64,000 bases of DNA from an uncultured cyanobacterium (GTDB lineage: Bacteria > Cyanobacteriota > Cyanobacteriia > Phormidesmidales > Phormidesmidaceae): positions 256,001-320,000 of the forward strand of contig CAWBZI010000002.1 in the NCBI GenBank assembly GCA_963793265.1, in the 5' to 3' direction. A program made the position numbers and the translations under genes. The notes under the pieces are model-generated. The model searched no databases, was not told where the DNA came from, and saw only the letters and a list, made by a program, of their open reading frames with translations. Below, piece after piece: positions 51,872 through 62,298 of this stretch (positions are counted from its first letter, which is position 1; each line of letters opens with the position of its first letter).

Positions 51872-53581
51872 ATGTCACAACCGAGTATCACTATATTTAC
51901 TCAGCCTAATTGCCCTTACTGTGCAAGTTCTAAGCTGCTGCTAAGCAAGAATGGCTATGCCTACATCGAACACAACGTAAACGCTTCAAAGCGTGCGGCA
52001 GCAGCAAGTATCTACTTTTCGGGAAGTACGTCTGTGCCGCAAGTGTTTTTAGGAAGCTATGCTCTTGGCAACTGGGAGACGCTAGAAAAGCTAATAAATA
52101 CCGGCTATCTTGAGGTGCTCGTCACTATGTTCGATCTAGATTCCGTTTGTTCTACCTTGAATTTTGATGGCCTCTCGGATGCCAAGCTGTTTGAGGGCGC
52201 TAAAGATATTTCAATGGCCAGTGCGATTCTAGAAAGTGACTTTACCTATGAACCCGATGAAGATCTCGAAGAACGAGCGCTTTTACACTTTTACAAAGAT
52301 CTCATAGGCTTTTTACCCACTTCGCAGCTCTATTTCTATCACTGGCAACGGGCCTATAAGCTGGTTAATCTGTTGCAGTTTGTGCCATCGGCATCTTTCA
52401 ATATAGCAACCTACGGCCCTGCCATGATGAACGCTGTTGCCTATACGGCTTCAAGTACTCACGGGCAATCGCCACGTAAAGCTCATGCTGCGGCAATAGA
52501 GAATGAAAGCGCTCTGAAGATAATTGAAGCTTTACAGAAAGCTCGAAAGCAACCGGCAGCAGACAATCCCTTTGGCCCTTACGAGCTGGCGCTAGCTGAC
52601 TTGGCAGGCCGAGCGGCCCTTAATAATGTATCAACCCATTTCTTATCTTACCTAGAAGCGCTAGCACCGCAAGCTCGAAATCAGCTAGAGGGAATGGATA
52701 GCGATAGGCCGAGAGATGCAAAGGCCGATATTGATGCTGTTGCTACAATGTCTGCTACGTTTGGCTTTCTTAATGTCTTTAACGATCTGCTCGGACAAAC
52801 GGGAGAAGGGAGCCGCGCCTTTCAAACGGATACACGCTTGGGCATGAAGGCTAGAAGGCGTGCTGCTTCAAAAAACAACAAAGCCAGCGCTAGTGCCAAA
52901 CTTGACTATCCGCTACCTATCGCGCCACCTTACAAGCTCATCGCAGCACAATACGCCTCAGATATAGGTGATATCGATAAATTCATTAAGAGAGAACTTG
53001 GGTTATTCCCGAACTGGATGCTTGCTTGGCCGCAAGGGTCTGCGCCTGCTTTACAGGCTTATCTCTACACCGAATTAATGGGCAACCGTTTGAACGAGCG
53101 GATTACCCCAGAGCTTCGCCACCTGATGGCTCGGGTCAGCGCGATCGCTAAAGGGCATAGCTATCTAGCGGCACTTGAAGGCTTTTTGGCATACCGATTC
53201 TCAGGGTCTTCTGGCTTCGGTCAGTGCGCGATCACGCGAATTCGCAGCTGCTTTAAAGTCGCAACGAGCTGGACAGACAGTGAGAATGTTTTTTCATATG
53301 AAGAGATCGCCGCGCTAAGACTTGCCTGGATTTCAGCACAGGTGCCACTGGCTACGCCAAAACGATTTGTTCAAGCGGCGCTCGATGCGTTTGATTCTGT
53401 TGAGCTGATCCATCTTATTACAACCTGTGCGATCGCCTCAATGGTTCAGCGCTTTGTTGCGATCGCTAGGCCAGAAATGGAGCCTCAGGTCATTGCCTTT
53501 ATCGCAGAGCACAACATTGAATATAAAACGCTGGTGCTTCGCTATCCCATTACTACATCTAATGTAGCCAAAGCTGCTTAA
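51872..53581 (+). CDS. Glutaredoxin (CPYC) fused to a duplicated AhpD-like helical region lacking the CxxC
   Basis: FTQPNCPYC...SVPQVF; HGQSPRKAH where the paralog has HGCSYCQVH; AAGGAGG RBS. Confidence 0.75.
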   Translation: MSQPSITIFTQPNCPYCASSKLLLSKNGYAYIEHNVNASKRAAAASIYFSGSTSVPQVFLGSYALGNWETLEKLINTGYLEVLVTMFDLDSVCSTLNFDGLSDAKLFEGAKDISMASAILESDFTYEPDEDLEERALLHFYKDLIGFLPTSQLYFYHWQRAYKLVNLLQFVPSASFNIATYGPAMMNAVAYTASSTHGQSPRKAHAAAIENESALKIIEALQKARKQPAADNPFGPYELALADLAGRAALNNVSTHFLSYLEALAPQARNQLEGMDSDRPRDAKADIDAVATMSATFGFLNVFNDLLGQTGEGSRAFQTDTRLGMKARRRAASKNNKASASAKLDYPLPIAPPYKLIAAQYASDIGDIDKFIKRELGLFPNWMLAWPQGSAPALQAYLYTELMGNRLNERITPELRHLMARVSAIAKGHSYLAALEGFLAYRFSGSSGFGQCAITRIRSCFKVATSWTDSENVFSYEEIAALRLAWISAQVPLATPKRFVQAALDAFDSVELIHLITTCAIASMVQRFVAIARPEMEPQVIAFIAEHNIEYKTLVLRYPITTSNVAKAA

Positions 53582-53664
53582 GTAAGCTATCGCGCACGCT
53601 ATCTGTTTCAGGATTCTCAAAGATTTTGTTCATCTATAAACTCCATCTATAAACTCTAAGTCTC

Positions 53665-55281
53665 ATGACACAACCTCAGATCGCAATATTCACCAAACCA
53701 AGCTGCCCGTACTGCGAGAAAGCTAAACATGTTTTACGAAGCTACAACTATACAGAGTACGACATTACCTACCTGCGTAATGCTGAGGCAACCCTATACT
53801 TCAGTGGCGTTGCTACAGTGCCACAGATCTTCATCGGCAGCTATCATATCAACGGGGCAGATGATCTCGAACGGCTAGAGATGTCAGGAAAACTGTTAGA
53901 GATCATTAGCGCTGTCCAGAGCCCGCCGCTTCTTATTGATGCTGTCTCTGACCAGACGCTGAAGGAAGGTGCAGAAGATCGGATTTTGAGAACTGTTATC
54001 ACCAAGCTAGACGGCTCGCGTAGTGACGACCCAGAGATCTGGCCGCTTTTGCACTTTAGCAAAGATTTCTTTGGCTTTTGGCCAAACACTTACGACTATC
54101 TCTATTATTGGCCAGAGCTATTTAAGCTCTTCGCCTATTGCCACTACATTCCTGCGATTGACTGCGCTAAACAAAGCCTTGGCGTGCTCAATATGCTGGC
54201 TGTGGGCTATGCAACCTCTAAAGCGCACGGCTGCTCTTATTGTCAGGTGCATAGCGTAGCTGCAGAGGGAGATAGCTCTCTTCAGGTCGAACAGAAGCTG
54301 GCGCAAGTGAAGGAAGGCAATATAGATGATGGAAATCCCTACGATGAGCTATCAGTCGTCATCACCGATTTTGCAGCTAAAGCAACGCACAATCAGGTGA
54401 ACAAAGATTTTCTCAACTATACTGTTAACCGGCTCAAAGAGTTCGCAACAGCTTCAACAACCGTATATGACTACGTTGAAGCCGTCGAAATGATGGTTGC
54501 CAATCTTGGCTTTCTTAATGTCTTCAACGATCTTATCGGAACTGAGATAGAAGGAGACTGGGCCAAGCAAGCTGAAGAACACAGCGGTATTGAGTCAGGT
54601 CGTCACGTAGCAGCGCAAAAAAATCCGTCGAACTTAGACTACGCACTGCCGACGGGTGGGCCATCTATGCTAGAAATAATGGCAAAGTATGATAGATCCA
54701 TTGAGGATTTGATGGCTTATACAGAAGTTAACTTTGGGCTGATGCCTGACTGGATAAGACTTTGGCCTACTGCTCTGCAAAAAAGGCAGGCCTATTGGTA
54801 TGGAGAAGTGATGGGCAGCGGCGATCGCACGTCGGTATCAGCAGAGCTAAAACACCTTATGGCTAGAGTCTCAGCGATCGCAAAAGGCCATGCCTATCTA
54901 TCAGCGGTTGAGGGCTTTATGGCCCATCATACAGGCGCTGGTAACCCCCACGTTGTTGATAGAATTCGGCACTGCTTCGCGGTTGCAAGCGGAAAGAGAT
55001 CTGCTCAAAACTTATTTACCGCTCGTGAGGAAGCTGCCTTAAGATTCGCCTGGCTCTCTGCTCAAGTGCCGCTAAAGACACCTAACAAGTTTGTTCAACC
55101 GGCTATATCGCTGTATACAGCCAAGGAATTGGTTTATTTGAGTATTGTTTGCGCGATCGCCTCTTCGCTACAGCGATTTGCGGCCATTACAAAACCTGAA
55201 GTAGAGCCAGAGGTTTCTCAGTTCTTAGAAGAGCACCAGCTTATTACTGATACGCTACTGCTGCGTTATCCAGAGCTTTGA
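53665..55281 (+). CDS. Glutaredoxin (CPYC) fused to an AhpD/carboxymuconolactone-decarboxylase-like region with CxxC
   Basis: FTKPSCPYC...TVPQIFIG...GADDL; TSKAHGCSYCQVH; GFLNVFND; second repeat ELKHLMARVSAIAKGHAYL. Confidence 0.8.
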   Translation: MTQPQIAIFTKPSCPYCEKAKHVLRSYNYTEYDITYLRNAEATLYFSGVATVPQIFIGSYHINGADDLERLEMSGKLLEIISAVQSPPLLIDAVSDQTLKEGAEDRILRTVITKLDGSRSDDPEIWPLLHFSKDFFGFWPNTYDYLYYWPELFKLFAYCHYIPAIDCAKQSLGVLNMLAVGYATSKAHGCSYCQVHSVAAEGDSSLQVEQKLAQVKEGNIDDGNPYDELSVVITDFAAKATHNQVNKDFLNYTVNRLKEFATASTTVYDYVEAVEMMVANLGFLNVFNDLIGTEIEGDWAKQAEEHSGIESGRHVAAQKNPSNLDYALPTGGPSMLEIMAKYDRSIEDLMAYTEVNFGLMPDWIRLWPTALQKRQAYWYGEVMGSGDRTSVSAELKHLMARVSAIAKGHAYLSAVEGFMAHHTGAGNPHVVDRIRHCFAVASGKRSAQNLFTAREEAALRFAWLSAQVPLKTPNKFVQPAISLYTAKELVYLSIVCAIASSLQRFAAITKPEVEPEVSQFLEEHQLITDTLLLRYPEL

Positions 55282-55318
55282 CAAAGATTAGCGCTTTAAG
55301 AGAGATTCCATCGCGCCG

Positions 55319-55360
55319 ATATCAAATCAGCAATATCAAATCAGTAATATCGAATCAGTC
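55319..55360. repeat. 14-bp tandem repeat x3
   Basis: ATATCAAATCAGCA ATATCAAATCAGTA ATATCGAATCAGTC. Confidence 0.8.
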
Positions 55361-55362
55361 AG

Positions 55363-57084
55363 GTGCTTCTTCACCAATTTATACAGCAGCAGATGTCAGT
55401 CACTAAACCCTCAGGCAACAGTCTACAAGTTGAGTCAACAAGAGCCTCTGATATAGCGTTAGTGAGAAGCTCTGCTAAAACAGTCATAGCAGAGCTTTTT
55501 CCCATTGTTGGAATAGCGACACTGCTGCGCTTTTGGAAGTTAGAGGCTAAGCCCCTCTGGGGTGACGAACTCCATACTGCTTTTTACAGTCTGGGCAAAA
55601 ATCTATCGGAGATACCGGTAGATGTGCTCTCACCTGTGAGCAGATATTGGACATTACTGGATTATCCATTCGATAGCACCGTTTGGCAGGCCGCCTATAC
55701 CGTGACGACGTATAGCAATCATCCTCCGCTCTTTTTTATGCTGATGAACCAGTGGCTCAGATGGTGCGGCAGTTCTATCTGGAGCTTAAGAGCGCTCCCT
55801 GTTTTCTTTGGCATACTGTCTGTTGTGGGCAGCTATTGTTTAGGGTGTATTGCGGGTGGAAACAAGGTTGGCCGCTACACAGCTTTACTCATGGCCGTCT
55901 CACCCTATAGCCTCTATCTATCGCAAGAGGCGCGGCACTATAGCTTAGCAGTTGCGATCGCAACGTTCTCTCTCACCCTCTGGCTATCGCTACTCAAAGA
56001 CAATCAGCAAAAACAAGCAAAGGCTCACTGGGCCGCATGGATATTACTCAACAGCTTTGGCTTTTGGGTTCACTATTTTTATAGTTTCTGTATTGCTGCT
56101 CAGTGGGGCGTTGTTTTAGCTCGCCTATGGCAGCAGCGTTCAAATGCTAATAGCAAGGTGCTGGCAAGAAGATGGCGATGGGCGATGGGCTTTACCTTGT
56201 TGTTGTGCTCACCTCTGTTAGCAACAGCGCTCACACATTTTCAGGGCGAAGGCGGTATTAGCTGGCTCAGCCGTTCCTTGCCTTGGTGGCAAACGATTTT
56301 ACTCCCGTGGGTTCAGTCTATAGCAGCGGGTGTTTTTACGCTGATTCTGTTGCCTGTAGAAGAGAGCCCCCTTTGGATTACTGTCCCCTCTGCAATCGTA
56401 ATGTGGGGCGTGTTTTGGCTGATTATTCAGCAGGGAGTTGTAGGCTGGAAGTCAGCGTCACTCTCTTTAAGAAGTCAGCCGCTAGTCGGCTATAGTCTTG
56501 GCGTGTTCGCTCTTATGCTGAGCGTCACCTATGGACTAGGAAAAGACGTAACCCTAGCGCCACGCTACTTTTTTGCGGTATATCCGGCGGTAACAGCGAT
56601 TATTGCCGTTGGACTGGCTCGCCGCCATCAGCGGATTCTAGGACTGGCAATCGCTGCCGGACTGCTCAGTCAAGTTTTCATCGCTCACGACTTAGCGCTG
56701 TTTAAGCCTTATCTTCCAGGGCAAATAGGAATGCACCTAGCGGCAAACCATCAGCCTACTGTTGTACTCATGAGCCCCCAGCCACCTCATTACGATTCTC
56801 GCGTCCTTAGCTACATCCTCGCGATTCCTCCCGATAGCGATACTTTAGTCGGCATCGTCGAGCCTACTTCCTCAGAGGACTGGGTGCTCAATCTATCAGG
56901 TGTAGAAACCTTCGCTGATGATTCCTTTACCCTTTGGCTCGTTGAAGTGCATCGGCAAGTTCCCTTCGCCCCAGAGGTAACGCTGCCCCGACACAGCTGC
57001 ACACGGCAAGGCGAAGCGTTAACAACCAAAGGCACTCAGCAGCAAAAGTACCAGTGCGATGCTCTGCCCACTAAGAGAGTCTAG
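55363..57084 (+). CDS. GT-C glycosyltransferase (GT39/PMT_2-like); start uncertain
   Basis: LRFWKLEAKPLWGDE, NHPPLFF, SLRALP, VSPYSLYLSQEARHYSL, APRYF; multiple TM helices. Confidence 0.85.
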   Translation: MLLHQFIQQQMSVTKPSGNSLQVESTRASDIALVRSSAKTVIAELFPIVGIATLLRFWKLEAKPLWGDELHTAFYSLGKNLSEIPVDVLSPVSRYWTLLDYPFDSTVWQAAYTVTTYSNHPPLFFMLMNQWLRWCGSSIWSLRALPVFFGILSVVGSYCLGCIAGGNKVGRYTALLMAVSPYSLYLSQEARHYSLAVAIATFSLTLWLSLLKDNQQKQAKAHWAAWILLNSFGFWVHYFYSFCIAAQWGVVLARLWQQRSNANSKVLARRWRWAMGFTLLLCSPLLATALTHFQGEGGISWLSRSLPWWQTILLPWVQSIAAGVFTLILLPVEESPLWITVPSAIVMWGVFWLIIQQGVVGWKSASLSLRSQPLVGYSLGVFALMLSVTYGLGKDVTLAPRYFFAVYPAVTAIIAVGLARRHQRILGLAIAAGLLSQVFIAHDLALFKPYLPGQIGMHLAANHQPTVVLMSPQPPHYDSRVLSYILAIPPDSDTLVGIVEPTSSEDWVLNLSGVETFADDSFTLWLVEVHRQVPFAPEVTLPRHSCTRQGEALTTKGTQQQKYQCDALPTKRV

Positions 57085-57296
57085 TCAGGCTAAACTCATT
57101 CCCAGCGAACTTCCCACAGCGCACCCATAGCGCACCCATAACACAAAGGTGTTCTTGTATACTGATCTATGCAAGCGACGCGATGTCAACCTCGCTATTG
57201 GGCATCGGGCCTCACTGTCGGGACAATCCGATAGGGTGCCTGCGCTCTGAGCAGTATCTTGCTTACGTTTGTTTAAATTACTTATATATGCCCGTG

Positions 57297-57983
57297 ATGA
57301 AATCAAATTCTCTTCAGTCCAACGGCAGCCAGCGCGGTGAAGAAGCTCGTCGTAGCTTAATAGAAGCGGGCATTGAAGCTTTTGGCACGCACGGGTATGA
57401 AGCTGCAAGCACTCGTAGCATCGTCGAAAAAGCAGGCGTGAACCTGGGCGCTATTCCCTATTACTTTAAAAATAAGGAAGGGCTTTATCACGCAGTTGCC
57501 GAGCACATTGCCTTTTATCTTGACGATCCAGAAATAAACGATGCGATCGCACACATTGATCATCAAACAAAAAGCTCATCGCTGTCGAAAGAGCAAGCCT
57601 TAGAACTTATACACAAGCTCTTTGATGCTTTCGTAACGACGCTCATATCCTCCAACAAGCCCGATCTGTGGATACGGTTCATCTTCCGCGAGCTGATGGA
57701 GCCCTCCTCTGTCTTCGAAATCCTCAACAAAAGAGTAGTCAAAAAGACAATCGATCCCTGCACTGCTTTGATTAGCAAGATATTAGACAAGCCGATTGAC
57801 GATCCAGAATGTACCATTCGAGCCTTTTCACTATTTGGCCAGGTGCTAATTTTTCGTTCAATACGACAGGTCACTTTGAAAAGCCTGGGCTGGGACTCTT
57901 TAGAAGGCGATCGCCTCGATCTAGTTCGCAGCGTCATTCATCAGCAGGTTGACGGTGCCCTACGCGCTCAAGTTAAAGGCTAG
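57297..57983 (+). CDS. TetR family regulator, CecR/YbiH-like
   Basis: LIEAGIEAFGTHGYEAASTRSIVEKAGVNLGAIPYYFKNKEGLY; FIFRELMEPS, FSLFGQVLIFR; start placed at ATG 57297. Confidence 0.88.
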   Translation: MKSNSLQSNGSQRGEEARRSLIEAGIEAFGTHGYEAASTRSIVEKAGVNLGAIPYYFKNKEGLYHAVAEHIAFYLDDPEINDAIAHIDHQTKSSSLSKEQALELIHKLFDAFVTTLISSNKPDLWIRFIFRELMEPSSVFEILNKRVVKKTIDPCTALISKILDKPIDDPECTIRAFSLFGQVLIFRSIRQVTLKSLGWDSLEGDRLDLVRSVIHQQVDGALRAQVKG

Positions 57984-58208
57984 AGAGTAGGCTTCTGTCA
58001 GCCGCTGACAATAGATCTTGCAAATATACGACTCAAGACAGATTTGTTGACATTTTGAAGAACTCTTTGTCAAATTCAATCTTCCTGGCAGCTCATTTTG
58101 AACAGGCTCTGTATGATGTTTCAGAGCCCAATGCAGCCATAAATGCTGCTAGGCATGAACGAACGATGGCATACTAGAGAGCGATCGCACCTGTCAGGTT
58201 ACTTCATC

Positions 58209-59378
58209 ATGCCGCTCAACCGTCGTCGCTTTGTTCTCTTAAGTGGATTAGCCATCGGAGCTGCGAGCACAACCGCCTTATCCTGCACTCAGTCTGGATC
58301 TAAAGCCACTGCTCAAACCTCTGCTCAACCGTCAGATTCGGCCTTAGATCCAGCACCCGATCAAGCTCTCAATACTGCACCTGCCCCGGCTGGCCTTTTT
58401 GCCCCTCAGCGTGGCGATATTCGGCTAGCTATCATTAGCGATCTCAACAGCGCCTACGGCTCCACCGACTATCGCCCTGAGGTGATCAAAGGCATTGGCC
58501 TTCTCCCCGACTGGCAGCCTGATATGGTGCTTTGCGGCGGTGACATGGTAGCAGGCCAAAAGCTTACGCTTTCAGAAGGCGAAATCGAAGCCATGTGGTC
58601 TGCTTTCGATGAAAAAATTCTCTCCCCTATTCGCTCAGCAGGGCTACCTTTCGCCCTCACAATAGGCAACCACGACGCCTCTAGCTTTCAACAAAATGGC
58701 GAGTTCGTTTACGTTTTAGACCGGCAAGAATCTTCTCAATATTGGGAAGGTCATCAAACCGATACTGACCTCAACTTTGTTGATGCCAGCGGATTTCCCT
58801 TTTACTATAGCTTCACTCACCGCGATATCTTCTATCTCACCTGGGACGCTTCTTCTGCTGATGTTCCACCTGAGCAAGTTGCTTGGGCCGATCGCGCCTT
58901 AGCTAGCCCAGAAGCACAGCAGGCAAAGCTGCGAATAGTAATGGGCCATTTGCCTTTGTATGCGGTTTCTCAAAGACGCGATCGCCCCGGTGAATATCTC
59001 AATCAGGCCGATGAGCTTCGCCAGCTTCTCGAACGTCACAACGTTCACACCTATATTAGCGGCCACCATCACGCCTATTTTCCAGGCAAAGCAGGTAACC
59101 TCAACATGCTTCATGCAGGCGCACTCGGCAGTGGCCCAAAATCTCTTTTAGCTACTAACACTGCGCCTTTTCAAACGCTTACTATCATGGATATGTTTTT
59201 AGACACCGCCAGTACTGCCTACACTACCTACAACATGAATACGATGGAAGTTGTTGATCCGCAAGCGCTGCCCCGGCAAATTGTTGGCCCGAATGGCCGA
59301 GAGCTTCGTCAAGACGTTGCAATGAGCGATTTAACGCAGGCTGAGAAATCACAGCCATATGTGCCCAGCGATACGTAA
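58209..59378 (+). CDS. Tat-exported (lipo)protein metallophosphoesterase, calcineurin-like
   Basis: NRRRFV twin-Arg, ALSC lipobox-like; SDLN, GGDMVAG, GNHD, MGH, SGHHH motifs. Confidence 0.9.
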   Translation: MPLNRRRFVLLSGLAIGAASTTALSCTQSGSKATAQTSAQPSDSALDPAPDQALNTAPAPAGLFAPQRGDIRLAIISDLNSAYGSTDYRPEVIKGIGLLPDWQPDMVLCGGDMVAGQKLTLSEGEIEAMWSAFDEKILSPIRSAGLPFALTIGNHDASSFQQNGEFVYVLDRQESSQYWEGHQTDTDLNFVDASGFPFYYSFTHRDIFYLTWDASSADVPPEQVAWADRALASPEAQQAKLRIVMGHLPLYAVSQRRDRPGEYLNQADELRQLLERHNVHTYISGHHHAYFPGKAGNLNMLHAGALGSGPKSLLATNTAPFQTLTIMDMFLDTASTAYTTYNMNTMEVVDPQALPRQIVGPNGRELRQDVAMSDLTQAEKSQPYVPSDT

Positions 59379-59879
59379 CGCACAGCAAGCCCTCATCGAC
59401 GTAGCCACAGCTGGTCTGCTTTATGCAGAACAATTTATGCTGTGACTTTTCATGATACGTTTTCAAGCAAACCATCACAGCCGTACCGTGAGCTTTGCGT
59501 AGCCACATATCAAATAGAATTGATTAGACAAAATTAGTTCCCAAAGAGCCGAAGAATTTGGGGAAATAGCTGCTAAATCAGTATTTTTAAGCCAAAAGGC
59601 TTAACTTTTTCGCTTGCAAAGACGCGTTGCTGAAAAGTCTTGTAGACTCTTGGAGAGTACTTTTTAAGACACGGCAACGCCCGTGAAATTAACTAAGCAC
59701 TCAAGGCAATTTTGTGTTTATTGCTACCGCATCAAATTAAGTAAGTTGATACTTCTTAAACACACTCAACTCCTGATAAATCTCGCTACAAAAGTTTGAG
59801 CTGTTGTTCGCTCAAACCTATCTAAAAAATCTCTCCTTAGAGTTCTTTTTAGCTCGATTGGCAGATCCATAGAGGCCCT

Positions 59880-61121
59880 ATGAGGCAACTTTCACTGACT
59901 ATTTTCTATCAGTTCGATCCCTGGCATTCTTCAATAGGCGGCGTTCAAACCGTAATCCGAAACTTCATCAAATTTGCACCCCCTGAGTTTATTGTGCGGC
60001 TAGTAGGTATAGAGGCTACGCCTGATGGCGAGGTGGGTAAGTGGCAGCGGCGCAAGCTGGCTGGGCGTGCGGTTAGTTTTTTCCCTCTGTTTCGCCTGAT
60101 CGAAGACGACTCTAGAAGGCGGATACCCACGTCGCTACGCTATGCTCTAAGCCTGCGAGGCAAAAACTTTGCCTCCGACTTTATGCACTTTCATCGCTTA
60201 GAACCTAGCCTTTTTACAGGCCACTGGTCGGGGCAAAAAACGCTGTTTGTGCATAACGATATTCATCAGCAGATGAGATCGAGCGACGTTAAAGGCATCT
60301 TATGGCGGCGGTTTCCGCAGCTTTACTTTTCACTAGAGCGGCGGCTGATGCCCCAGTTTACGCGGGTGCTTTCGTGCAATTCTGAGTCTACAGCGCTCTA
60401 CCGGCAACAGTATCCGCAGCTTGCCAAACGAATTTCTTTTGTTCGTAACTGCTTTGACGGAGATGTTTTTTATCCACTGACGGCGCAGGCAAAAGAGCAG
60501 CAGCGGCAACAGCTAGCTGCTCAAATGGGACTCAACGAAAACACCCGCTTTTTACTGTTTGCGGGAAGACTACATCCTCAAAAAGATCCCCTGCTCCTAC
60601 TGGAGGCTTTTTCGCACGTTTCTCAAGCGATCGCTGAGCAGCCAGTGCACTTGCTGATTGCTGGCAGCGGCGAACTGATGGCGGCGATGCGCAATAAGGC
60701 CGCGCAGCTAGATCTCTCTCGGCACGTTACGTTTCTAGGCTCGGTGCCGTATCAGCAGCTTGCTGATCTTCAGCGCTTAGCCAGTGTGTTTGTGCTAACG
60801 AGCGCCTACGAGGGCTTACCGCTAGTGGTGCTAGAGGCGCTAGCCTGTGGAACGCCTGTGGTGACTACTCAAGCCGGAGAGACACCCCGCTTGCTTGGGG
60901 CCCAAAGCGGTATTGTGTGTGACGAGCGATCGCCCCAGTCAATCGCCCAAGCTATACAAACTGTTCTACAAAACCCCAACCAGTTCACCGCTCAAGCCTG
61001 TATTCAAAACGCCGATCTCTATAGCGCTAAAACGGTTGTAGAAGAAGTATACGAAGACATGCGGCAGCAGCGTCAGCCCGCTGCGAACCCATCGCCAATG
61101 CTCGCAGGCGTTTACCGCTAA
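59880..61121 (+). CDS. GT4 glycosyltransferase
   Basis: GGVQT, FAGRLHPQKD, SAYEGLPLVVLEALACGTPVV. Confidence 0.93.
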   Translation: MRQLSLTIFYQFDPWHSSIGGVQTVIRNFIKFAPPEFIVRLVGIEATPDGEVGKWQRRKLAGRAVSFFPLFRLIEDDSRRRIPTSLRYALSLRGKNFASDFMHFHRLEPSLFTGHWSGQKTLFVHNDIHQQMRSSDVKGILWRRFPQLYFSLERRLMPQFTRVLSCNSESTALYRQQYPQLAKRISFVRNCFDGDVFYPLTAQAKEQQRQQLAAQMGLNENTRFLLFAGRLHPQKDPLLLLEAFSHVSQAIAEQPVHLLIAGSGELMAAMRNKAAQLDLSRHVTFLGSVPYQQLADLQRLASVFVLTSAYEGLPLVVLEALACGTPVVTTQAGETPRLLGAQSGIVCDERSPQSIAQAIQTVLQNPNQFTAQACIQNADLYSAKTVVEEVYEDMRQQRQPAANPSPMLAGVYR

Positions 61122-61137
61122 GGAGTCCTTTTAAAAA

Positions 61138-62298
61138 ATGAAAATTGCCGTTGTTGGCTCCAAAGGGCTCCCGCCACGTCAGGGAGGAATAGAGCACCAC
61201 TGTGCAGAAATCTATTCTCGCATAGCCAGTAGAGGGCACGCCGTCGAGCTATTTGCGCGGTCTTCTTACCACCATCTAGCGTGGAACAAACGCTATACCT
61301 ACAAAGAGATTCGGGTAAATAACTTACCCTCTATTCCGCTAAGAGGCGTTGATGCTTTTGTAAATTCGGGTCTAGCCGCTACTCTCTCTAGTTTGCAACA
61401 GTTCGATATTATTCACTTCCACGCTTTAGGCCCGGCTATATTTAGCTGGATTCCTCGCTGGCTATCACCTAAAACGAAGGTGGTGGTGACCTGTCACGGG
61501 CTTGACTGGCAGCGAGCAAAGTGGGGCCGGTTTTCGACTAAGCTGCTCAAGCTAGGAGAGGAATTTGCGGTGCATAATGCTCACGGCATTGGGGTTGTTT
61601 CTGAAGACCTCCAGCGTTATTTTTTGGAGTACTATTGCTGCCAAACAACCTGTATCGGCAACGCACCGGCGGGCTATCAGCCTTCTGATCCTGCGTTTAA
61701 TTTTGTGCGATCGCAAGGTTTAGAAAAAGGCCGCTATATCCTATTTTTAGGTCGCCTTGTACCTGAAAAAAGGCCCGATTTACTGGTGAAAGCCTTTAAC
61801 AAGCTGCGTTCACAGCATTGGAAATTAGTGTTTGTCGGCGGCGCTAGCGATACCTCAACCTATCGTGAAAGTCTCAAAGATTTGGCGCACGCTAATTCTA
61901 ATATTCTCTTTAGCGGAGAGCTACAGGGAGAATTGCTTGCTGAAATGGTTAGAGGCGCAGGGCTATTTGTATTACCGTCTGAAATGGAGGGTCTGCCGTT
62001 GGCATTACTAGAAGCCATGCGTGAAGGGATTCCGGTGGTTACCAGCGACATTCCGGCGCACCGGCAGCTCTTAGGTGTCGATCGCGGGCTGTGGTTTGAA
62101 GAGGGAAATATCGACGCCTGCCGCGCTACGTTAGCTTGGGCTATGCAAAACCCTGACTTTATGAAACAAGCCGCTCAAAGAGCCCAATATTACGTTCAAA
62201 AAAACTATACCTGGGATGCAATCGCTGCCCACTGGCTCACCTTTTATGACGAGATACTGGGCATTCCCTCACCTATCAAAACGCCCGTGCCGTTCTAA
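61138..62298 (+). CDS. GT4 glycosyltransferase
   Basis: GSKGLPPRQGGIE, HGLDWQRAKW, LGRLVPEKR, EGLPLALLEAM. Confidence 0.93.
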   Translation: MKIAVVGSKGLPPRQGGIEHHCAEIYSRIASRGHAVELFARSSYHHLAWNKRYTYKEIRVNNLPSIPLRGVDAFVNSGLAATLSSLQQFDIIHFHALGPAIFSWIPRWLSPKTKVVVTCHGLDWQRAKWGRFSTKLLKLGEEFAVHNAHGIGVVSEDLQRYFLEYYCCQTTCIGNAPAGYQPSDPAFNFVRSQGLEKGRYILFLGRLVPEKRPDLLVKAFNKLRSQHWKLVFVGGASDTSTYRESLKDLAHANSNILFSGELQGELLAEMVRGAGLFVLPSEMEGLPLALLEAMREGIPVVTSDIPAHRQLLGVDRGLWFEEGNIDACRATLAWAMQNPDFMKQAAQRAQYYVQKNYTWDAIAAHWLTFYDEILGIPSPIKTPVPF

